From positions 1-12,022 of the forward strand of contig JBEGVZ010000100.1 in assembly GCA_041178085.1 (NCBI GenBank): a stretch of 12,022 bases of DNA, in the 5' to 3' direction. The DNA is from Pseudomonadota bacterium (GTDB taxonomy: Bacteria > Bdellovibrionota_B > Oligoflexia > Oligoflexales > RGVZ01). The notes under the pieces are model-generated. The model was not told where the DNA came from. It was given only the letters and a program-made list of their open reading frames with translations, and did not search any database. This document shows, in pieces, positions 1-6,720 of this stretch (position 1 is its first letter; every line of letters begins with the position of its first letter). Both the position numbers and the translations under genes were made by a program.

Positions 1-2
1 AA

Positions 3-17
3 GGGCTCGAAGAGCCC
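3..17. repeat. GC-rich inverted repeat at the window start
   Basis: GGGCTC-GAA-GAGCCC, a perfect 6-bp stem. Confidence 0.4.
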
Positions 18-196
18 CAATTCTCCTTATGTTGTCGCGCACTTGAGGGACGAGTGGAAAGGCTGGCAGAAGCACATCGCAAACAGCGGCGGGGTACTTG
101 GGGTAAAAGTCTTCCGGAAACCATTAAAGAGTGCTACAAGCCGCCCACCGAAGTCTTTGGACGATTGGATGTACTAAGTCCCGGATTCTGACCCGA

Positions 197-1495
197 ATGT
201 CCCTGAGCAGACCAAAATTCCAACGTGGCGCCCCAATGCGCCGTGGCACCGCCCCTGCGCGTCCGATGCCCAAGACCCCCGTCCGTGACGACGGTGGGCG
301 GGCCTGTCGGGTTGAAGGGGGCGGATGCGGTTCCTGCGTACTGGTGAATTCCTCTTACGAACCGTCATTGCAGGCGAAATTCACCAAGGGTTTACGGTTT
401 CTTGAGGCGGCGAACCTGCTGGGGACGGCCCAGGTTCTGGGTGTCAATGAAGCGCCTCGCCGCCTGGGGTACCGGACCCTGGTCAAGCTGGCTGTCCGTC
501 CGAAGGCCTCGTTGAGCAGGGAACCTGCCCTGGACCGCTTTGCGATCGGACTGTTTGAGCCGGGAACCCATGCGGTCATGGATGAGGTCGAGCACTGCCC
601 GATCCACGCCCCGGCGTTGCGGTGGATGCTGCGTGACCTGCGCCGCGCCCTGAATGAATCACCGTTGCAGCCGTGGTCGGAGTCCCGGGGCGAAGGTGAC
701 GTCCGCTATCTGGCCGCCCGTTGCTCGCACATGACCAACGAGATCATGCTGACGTTTGTGGTGCGCGATCCCGCTGTCAAAGTCCATTTGCAGCGTATTG
801 TCAGCCGCTTGAAGCGTGAAGGCCACAAGCTTGCCTCCACCCACATGAACATCCATCCGGGCAGCGGGAACGCCATCTTTGGTGAAAATTCCGTCCGTCT
901 TTCCGGGAATGACCGACTTCGTGAGCGGCTTTGCGACCTGAATTTTGAAATCGGGCCGACGGCTTTCTTCCAGATCAATCCGTGGCAGGCGGCCTTGATG
1001 TACCGCCGCGTAGAACAGCTGGTGGGGCTTGCGGGTCCTGGTGCGGTTGCCTGGGACCTTTATTGCGGTGTCGGGCAGATTTCCACGATTTTGGCTCGTC
1101 AGGGGTTCCGTGTATTTGGTGTCGAGGAAAATCCCTCGGCCGTCGCGGACGCCGGGCTGAATGCCCGCCGTAACGACCTGGAATCCCGCGCCACTTTTCT
1201 GGCAGCCCGTGTTGAGGACTCCGAGACAGCTTTCCCGGCCTGGGCAGGAAAACCCGAAGTGATTGTGGTCAACCCCTCGCGTCGTGGGCTGCACGAGACA
1301 GCCCGGGCACACTTGGCCCATGTCCTGCGCCAGAATCCTGATGCCCGTTTCATCTACGTTTCGTGTGAGGTCGAGACCTTGGCCAGGGACCTGGCGGCCA
1401 TGCGGCATGCTGGTTTCCGCCTCAGACAAGTTGAAGCCTTTGACATGTTCGCGCATACTGACAATCTTGAGTGGTTGGCGGTGATGACCTCCTGA
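197..1495 (+). CDS. 23S rRNA (uracil-C5)-methyltransferase, RlmD/RlmC (TrmA/RumA) family, Fe-S cluster containing
   Basis: Fe-S motif CRVEGGGCGSC (305-337) plus CPIH (596). Family motifs AFFQIN, DLYCGVG (SAM binding), NPSRRG, YVSCEVETLARD (catalytic Cys at 1364) and FDMFAHTDNLE. Start placed at ATG 197; GTG 131 and ATG 236 are alternatives. Symbol left blank because RlmD versus RlmC specificity is ambiguous. Confidence 0.9.
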   Translation: MSLSRPKFQRGAPMRRGTAPARPMPKTPVRDDGGRACRVEGGGCGSCVLVNSSYEPSLQAKFTKGLRFLEAANLLGTAQVLGVNEAPRRLGYRTLVKLAVRPKASLSREPALDRFAIGLFEPGTHAVMDEVEHCPIHAPALRWMLRDLRRALNESPLQPWSESRGEGDVRYLAARCSHMTNEIMLTFVVRDPAVKVHLQRIVSRLKREGHKLASTHMNIHPGSGNAIFGENSVRLSGNDRLRERLCDLNFEIGPTAFFQINPWQAALMYRRVEQLVGLAGPGAVAWDLYCGVGQISTILARQGFRVFGVEENPSAVADAGLNARRNDLESRATFLAARVEDSETAFPAWAGKPEVIVVNPSRRGLHETARAHLAHVLRQNPDARFIYVSCEVETLARDLAAMRHAGFRLRQVEAFDMFAHTDNLEWLAVMTS

Positions 1496-1497
1496 TC

Positions 1498-1502
1498 AGG
1501 AG
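1498..1502 (+). promoter_or_regulatory. Shine-Dalgarno sequence for kynA
   Basis: AGGAG just after the methyltransferase stop codon and 6 nt before in-frame GTG 1509. Confidence 0.7.
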
Positions 1503-1508
1503 TTGTGC

Positions 1509-2366
1509 GTGCAGGATGACAAAGGCAAGACAGAGAAGTTGATTGAACCGACAGCGACGACGCTGACTTACGATCGATACTTGAAGGTGGATGACCTGCT
1601 GTCCTTGCAGGTGCTGCAATCCGACCCGCCAGAACACGACGAAACCCTGTTCATCATCATTCACCAAGTGTATGAGCTTTGGTTCAAGCAAATCCTGCAT
1701 GAATTGGACAAGGCAGAGCGCGCACTCAAGGCGAACTCGCTGACCGATTTCCTGCGCGTCCTGAAACGAATCCATGCGATCCAGAAGATCCTGACCGAAC
1801 AGGTGTCAGTCCTTGAGACGATGACACCAACGGAATTCAACCGTTTTCGCGAGCGTTTGAACCCGGCCAGCGGCTTCCAGTCACACCAGTTCCGCATTGT
1901 TGAGTTCCGGCTCGGCCTGAAGGACGCGGCCTACTTGAAATTTTTCCGTTCCGCTCCGGCTCATGAGGCTGAATTGCGGGAGGCTATGGCGCGACCGTCG
2001 ATCTATCATTTGTTCCTTCAATATGTGAATCGTTCCGGCTTGCCTGTTCCTCAGGATGCTCTAGGCCGTGACCCGGCTCAGGCCTGGGAGCCGCACGAGG
2101 GTGTGAAGCAGTTGTTGCTGCAGGTATACCGGGAGCCTGATCGTCACCTCGATCTTTACAATGCGCTCGAGGCGCTGATGGACCTGGATGAGGCGTTCAT
2201 GCTTTGGCGTTACCGTCACGTTGCCATGGTCGAACGCATGATCGGGTCGCGCCGTGGCACTGGTGGTTCCAGTGGTGTGGACTACTTGAGCAAGACGCTG
2301 TCAAAAAGATTTTTTCCGGAACTCTGGCAATTGCGCAGTGATCTGGGGCCATCCGGGTGGGGGTGA
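1509..2366 (+). CDS. kynA: Tryptophan 2,3-dioxygenase
   Basis: TDO motifs TYDRYLKVDDLLSLQ, HDETLFIIIHQVYELWFKQ, ASGFQSHQFR and WRYRHVAMVERMIG-GTGGSSGVDYL. AGGAG at 1498-1502 lies 6 nt upstream of GTG 1509, favouring this start over TTG 1503. Confidence 0.96.
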   Translation: MQDDKGKTEKLIEPTATTLTYDRYLKVDDLLSLQVLQSDPPEHDETLFIIIHQVYELWFKQILHELDKAERALKANSLTDFLRVLKRIHAIQKILTEQVSVLETMTPTEFNRFRERLNPASGFQSHQFRIVEFRLGLKDAAYLKFFRSAPAHEAELREAMARPSIYHLFLQYVNRSGLPVPQDALGRDPAQAWEPHEGVKQLLLQVYREPDRHLDLYNALEALMDLDEAFMLWRYRHVAMVERMIGSRRGTGGSSGVDYLSKTLSKRFFPELWQLRSDLGPSGWG

Positions 2367-2369
2367 ATT

Positions 2370-3605
2370 GTGTCGATGACCTTTGTCAATGAGCTTACCA
2401 GCCAGCTGAAGCCTTATCCGATGGAAGAGCTGGCTCGAATCCGGGCCGGCCTGCTCAAGGAAGGCAAGCCGGTGTTTGATTTTGGTACCGGTGACCCCAA
2501 GATTCCAACTTGGTCTCCTGTTCGCGACGCCATCATCAAGGCGATTCCTGCTATCAGCCAGTACCCAAGTGTAAAAGGGCGAGAGGATCTGATCAGGGCG
2601 CAGGCGGGCTATCTGAAGCGTCGGTTTGGTATCGATGTCGCAGCTTCTGGAAGTGGAATTGGCCTGATCCCGAGCCAAGGCAGCAAAGAGGCGATTTTCA
2701 ACATTGCGCTGTGTCTCGTGGGTCGATCCGGCGGCAAGCGCCACATCATCTATCCCGATCCAGGTTACCCTGTTTATCGAAGTTCTACGCTTTATGCGGG
2801 CGGTATTCCTTTTCCGGTGAGGATCTCGGGTGACAATGGCTGGCTCCTTGAGCCGTGGAACCTGCCCCGCGAGGTTCAAAATGGTGCTGCGGCCATCTGG
2901 GTGAATCATCCTCATAACCCGACCGGTGCGACGGCTCCCCTTGATTACTGGAAACGAGTGATCGAATGGTGTCACAAGACCGATACGATCCTTCTTTCCG
3001 ACGATTGCTATGTCGATATTTATGACTCGGCGATCGATGAGCAGATGACCGCCAGATGGGGTGCCGGTGCACTGCCCTCCGTTGCGGAGGATCCTCGACC
3101 CATTTGCCCAATTCAACTCAGCCATGACCGGGTTCTTTCTTTTATGAGTCTGTCCAAGCGCTCCGGCATGACAGGGTACCGGGCAGGCTTGATTGCAGGG
3201 GATCGCAGGATCATCGATCCCTTCTTGAATGCCCGCGCCAATTTTGGTGTGGGTTCGCCCGACTTCATTCAACAAGGTGCTGCGGTTGCCTGGGCCGACG
3301 ACGATCACGTCACCGAAAGGCGCCGGATTTTCACCAAGCGTCTTGCGACTTTTGCCCCGATGCTCATGGAGCTGGGCATGATCCAGGAGATTCCCCGGGC
3401 GACGTTTTACCTGTGGGCCAGGATTCCGCAAAAATTTGGCGATGATGATGTGAAGTTTGTGCTCGACCTTGCGCGCTTGGGTGTGATCGCCTCGCCGTCG
3501 CAGTGGTTGAGTGAGGGGATGCGTGGCCACGTGCGGTTTGCGTTGGTTCCTGAAGAAGGGCCGACCCAGGAAGCCATGGCCATTCTCAGGAAGCACCTTT
3601 CCTGA
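2370..3605 (+). CDS. dapC: PLP-dependent class I/II aminotransferase, probable N-succinyl-diaminopimelate aminotransferase
   Basis: Motifs DFGTGDP, GSKEAIF, PDPGYPVY, NHPHNPTG, SDDCY and the PLP-lysine motif SLSKRSGMTGYRAG; SLSKRS and the N-terminal LKPYP are DapC-like. Lies directly upstream of dapD. Start is GTG 2370 or ATG 2376. Confidence 0.8.
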   Translation: MSMTFVNELTSQLKPYPMEELARIRAGLLKEGKPVFDFGTGDPKIPTWSPVRDAIIKAIPAISQYPSVKGREDLIRAQAGYLKRRFGIDVAASGSGIGLIPSQGSKEAIFNIALCLVGRSGGKRHIIYPDPGYPVYRSSTLYAGGIPFPVRISGDNGWLLEPWNLPREVQNGAAAIWVNHPHNPTGATAPLDYWKRVIEWCHKTDTILLSDDCYVDIYDSAIDEQMTARWGAGALPSVAEDPRPICPIQLSHDRVLSFMSLSKRSGMTGYRAGLIAGDRRIIDPFLNARANFGVGSPDFIQQGAAVAWADDDHVTERRRIFTKRLATFAPMLMELGMIQEIPRATFYLWARIPQKFGDDDVKFVLDLARLGVIASPSQWLSEGMRGHVRFALVPEEGPTQEAMAILRKHLS

Positions 3606-3616
3606 AAGTATGGAAC

Positions 3617-3636
3617 CGCCAGCGCGTTTTCTGGCG
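3617..3636. repeat. Short inverted repeat between dapC and dapD
   Basis: CGCCAG-N8-CTGGCG with no downstream U tract. Confidence 0.35.
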
Positions 3637-3650
3637 AGTGGGGGTAGGCT

Positions 3651-4490
3651 TTGAACGAGCAAGCGACCGAAAAGTTGCGTCATGAAATTGAGGCAGGAAT
3701 TGCAAATCCGCCACCTGCTGGATCCGATGAGGAAATCCGGCTGCGTGCTTCTGTTGAAGCCGTCATTGGCGGATTGGACAGGGGTACCCTCCGTGTTGCG
3801 ACGCCGGCTGGCGCCGGTTGGGTGACACATTCCTGGATCAAGCAGGCCATTCTGCTCTACTTCCGTTATTCGCAAATGGCACGGATTGACGTCGGACCGT
3901 TTGTCTTTCACGACAAGATTCCGCTGAAGTCCAATTATCAGGACCTGCGGGTCCGGGTCGTTCCGCCGGCGGTTGCGCGTTATGGTTCCTTCATGGAGCC
4001 GGGTGTGATCCTCATGCCGTCCTATGTCAACATTGGCGCCTGGGTTGGCGCCAACACCATGGTCGACACCTGGGCAACCGTAGGATCCTGTGCCCAGATT
4101 GGTGCCAACGTGCATCTTTCGGGTGGTGTGGGCATCGGTGGTGTCCTTGAACCGCCGTCCGCGACGCCGGTGATTGTCGAAGACGGAGCTTTCCTTGGAT
4201 CGCGTTGTATCGTTGTCGAGGGCGTTCAAGTCGGCAAGGAAGCAGTGCTGGCTGCCAATACGACCCTGACTGCCTCAACTCCCATCATTGATACCCGAAA
4301 ACCCGGCATGCCTGAAATCAAGGGGCGCGTCCCCCCGCGCTGCGTTGTCGTCCCTGGAACAAAGGAAAAAGACGTCGCAGGTGGTAAGATCTTTACATCG
4401 TGCGCGTACATCATTGGTGAACGGAAGCCGTCCACGGATTTGAAGACATCCTTGAACGACGTCTTGCGGGAGTTCTCCCTGTCCGTGTGA
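3651..4490 (+). CDS. dapD: 2,3,4,5-tetrahydropyridine-2,6-dicarboxylate N-succinyltransferase
   Basis: Motifs WIKQAILLYFR, FHDKIPLK, RVVPPAVARYG, LMPSYVNIGAWV, MVDTWATVGSCAQIG, HLSGGVGIGGVLEP, hexapeptide repeats and C-terminal KTSLNDVLR. TTG start. Confidence 0.97.
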   Translation: MNEQATEKLRHEIEAGIANPPPAGSDEEIRLRASVEAVIGGLDRGTLRVATPAGAGWVTHSWIKQAILLYFRYSQMARIDVGPFVFHDKIPLKSNYQDLRVRVVPPAVARYGSFMEPGVILMPSYVNIGAWVGANTMVDTWATVGSCAQIGANVHLSGGVGIGGVLEPPSATPVIVEDGAFLGSRCIVVEGVQVGKEAVLAANTTLTASTPIIDTRKPGMPEIKGRVPPRCVVVPGTKEKDVAGGKIFTSCAYIIGERKPSTDLKTSLNDVLREFSLSV

Positions 4491-4550
4491 TCGGGAGGCT
4501 TGCTCACTGCAGGCGACGATCAGTGCGGTGAGTTGTGTAACGGGGCAAGC

Positions 4551-4895
4551 ATGTCCAGACCAGTCATCAGGTTCTTGCCATCCGGCAAAAAAATTGAAGT
4601 GGAACCGGGAACAAAAATCCTGGTTGCAGCCCGGCAAGCCGGCCTGCCAATCCGTTTCATGTGCGCCGCTTTGCGTTGCGGCAGTTGCGGTGTGCTGCTG
4701 GTCAATCCTCTTTCAGGTAAGCTCAGTGCGATGGCATCCGACGAATTGGCGATGCTTTCCCGGTTAAAGCTGGTCACGGACGGATCCGTGAGGATGGCTT
4801 GCCGGGCCCGTGTTGAAGATGGGATCATCGAGGTTGACCTTGATTTTCAAGATACCTATGACCCCGCCAACAACAGCGATTTCGATGAACCATGA
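4551..4895 (+). CDS. 2Fe-2S ferredoxin-type protein
   Basis: C-x4-C-x2-C motif (CAALRCGSC) plus distal RMAC, a typical N-terminus (VIRFLPSGKKIEVEPGTKILVAARQAG) and an acidic tail. ATG 4551 chosen because the fold starts there; the ORF track start TTG 4500 is only 1 nt from a GGGAGG. Confidence 0.88.
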   Translation: MSRPVIRFLPSGKKIEVEPGTKILVAARQAGLPIRFMCAALRCGSCGVLLVNPLSGKLSAMASDELAMLSRLKLVTDGSVRMACRARVEDGIIEVDLDFQDTYDPANNSDFDEP

Positions 4896-6654
4896 ACCCC
4901 TGAAAAAACGACTTTGTCTTCGCATCGATGCCGATCTTTCGGTCTTGACCGCTGCATGCGTGCTTCCGGCCCTTCTGGCGCTGGTGGCAGGGTTGTGGCG
5001 CGAAGGACAGGTCTCCAGCTTGCTACTTCTTGATGTCTTTGACTTGCAGTTCGTTACGCAGGATGTGCCCGCCGCCGTTGTCATGATCGTGACGGGACTG
5101 TTTTGTTTATGGTTCAGTAGCCGGAACTCGATCGAGAACCAGCGGTTTTTGCTTGAACGATGCTACCAGTGGCGCTGGCTGCTGGCGGGCGCCTTGTTTG
5201 TCTTTTGTGTTGCGGGAAGCTTGAACGTCTACCGCATGGCCGCAATTTCCGGGGACGAATACGCAAACATTTTGCAAACAGGGATTTTCGCGGCATTTCC
5301 AGGGTCTGGGAGCTTTTATGGACAGTGGCCGGCCGAAATCGCTCAGCAGATGTTGGCGCCGGAGCTTGCCAATCGCATTCTTGTCGACCAGTCCGGACGA
5401 TTGATCACAAGCTATCAGCCGGTGTTCAGCATGCTTGCTGCCCCGTTTGAACTGGCCGGAATGCGCTTTCTGTTCAATCCCTTGCTGGCTGCCGGTGTGG
5501 TTTTAATGGTGCCTGCTTGCATATCAAGAATGACAAGGGTTCGTTGGGTGGCTGGCCTTGGGGTGTTGATGGTCGCCGGATCGGCCTCAGTTTCAGGTTT
5601 CGGAATTTCGTCCTTCGCCACCAACCTCATCCTGTTCCTGCACCTCGTTTTTCTTTGGTTTGTGATGGGGGGCTTGGAATCCAAGACGGCCAACGCACGG
5701 TTTTGCCACGGATTGGGTGCGGGTCTGGCAGGCGGCCTCGCCATGCATACTGGTAACCAGATGCCCCACCTTCTGGCAGCCGGACCGCTTCTCGCATGGT
5801 TACTTTACCGGCGGCAATTTGCGTTGCTCGCGGGCATGGCCGCTATTTACGGACCCCTCTTTTATGCCTTTACCATTTCATGGACCCGGATTGTCCATGC
5901 GGTTTCCCTCGTCCACCGCGATCATGTTGCGGGTGCTTCGGGGGAATCTGGCCTGGTCGGGGCAGAGCTTGGCTGGCTGGCAGCACACATCAAATTGCCC
6001 ACCACGCGGCAATTTGCCCAGGACAGCATGAGTGTCCTTCGTTTTCTGCTGTGGGCGTCTCCAGGTATGGGTGGCCTGTTTCTCGTCAACAGGAATTCAT
6101 CCTTGATCATCAATGATGGTCACCAGGCAGTCTGGATTCGTCCGCTGTCCAGGGTGATCCTCGTCTCTGCAACCCTCGCAGCAATTTTTTATTTCTTTTT
6201 CCCTCTCAACCAGGGGCATGGGTGGGGCTACCGCTATCTGCAACCTGTCCTTGGTTTTTTCCTGGTTGCGGGCCTCGTCCGGTGGACTGCGTTCGATCCA
6301 GACGGCAAGACCGTCTCCTGGATGCTCTTGTCTTCGCTGGTCTCGCTGGCTGTTATGGTTCCCCTTCGGACCAGTCAGATTTCCGCATTTGTTGCAGAGC
6401 GCCAAACCCTGCTTCCTTGCATCCCCGGAAAGGGCGCTCAAATTTGCTTCGTCGATCCGTCCAGGATTTACTGGGGCCCCGATCTGATCCAAAACCGTCC
6501 ATTTGTTTCTCTTTCCCAGCCTGTTGTCGCTCCCCTCGTCCTGCGCTCGTCGGGAGCTGATGCAGACGAGGCCTTGGTCCAGAAATATTGGCCGGGTGCG
6601 CGGCAGGTGGAGGGGTGGAATAGCCCGGGGTCAGGCAGCGTTTGGTCTCTATAA
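4885..6654 (+). CDS. Polytopic membrane protein, probable GT-C fold glycosyltransferase (PMT/ArnT-like)
   Basis: More than ten hydrophobic segments, an acidic DE pair (SGDEY, DE at 5254-5259) right after an early TM helix, a late-loop GHGWGYRYLQP motif (from 6214) and a soluble C-terminal tail. ATG 4885 overlaps the ferredoxin 3' end by 11 nt. The CDS is well supported; the function is inferred. Confidence 0.6.
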   Translation: MNHEPLKKRLCLRIDADLSVLTAACVLPALLALVAGLWREGQVSSLLLLDVFDLQFVTQDVPAAVVMIVTGLFCLWFSSRNSIENQRFLLERCYQWRWLLAGALFVFCVAGSLNVYRMAAISGDEYANILQTGIFAAFPGSGSFYGQWPAEIAQQMLAPELANRILVDQSGRLITSYQPVFSMLAAPFELAGMRFLFNPLLAAGVVLMVPACISRMTRVRWVAGLGVLMVAGSASVSGFGISSFATNLILFLHLVFLWFVMGGLESKTANARFCHGLGAGLAGGLAMHTGNQMPHLLAAGPLLAWLLYRRQFALLAGMAAIYGPLFYAFTISWTRIVHAVSLVHRDHVAGASGESGLVGAELGWLAAHIKLPTTRQFAQDSMSVLRFLLWASPGMGGLFLVNRNSSLIINDGHQAVWIRPLSRVILVSATLAAIFYFFFPLNQGHGWGYRYLQPVLGFFLVAGLVRWTAFDPDGKTVSWMLLSSLVSLAVMVPLRTSQISAFVAERQTLLPCIPGKGAQICFVDPSRIYWGPDLIQNRPFVSLSQPVVAPLVLRSSGADADEALVQKYWPGARQVEGWNSPGSGSVWSL

Positions 6655-6720
6655 ACTGCCCGTATCAGGCGTGTACGATCTAATGCGCAGCACTAGACAG
6701 GAAATTCGGCGGCGTGAGCC

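Noticed and set aside
129..137. GAGTGCTAC resembles the right arm of a CIRCE (HrcA) operator
   Set aside because: There is no matching TTAGCACTC left arm 9 nt upstream (111-119 reads CTTCCGGAA).
2301..4229. 642-aa antisense ORF covering dapC and dapD
   Set aside because: It is a shadow ORF in codon register with two well-conserved sense genes that happen to share a frame. It has no recognisable motifs, and such ORFs are common in GC-rich DNA.
1509..4895. kynA, dapC, dapD and the ferredoxin are all in one reading frame and all end in TGA, suggesting readthrough, a polyprotein or a recoded TGA
   Set aside because: The dapC-dapD spacer contains an in-frame TAG, each protein ends at its normal family length, and no gene has an internal TGA. 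TGA is a common stop in GC-rich genomes, and four genes sharing a frame is a 1-in-27 coincidence.
6655..6720. Expected bidirectional terminator between the convergent genes
   Set aside because: No convincing stem-loop with a U tract is visible on either strand.
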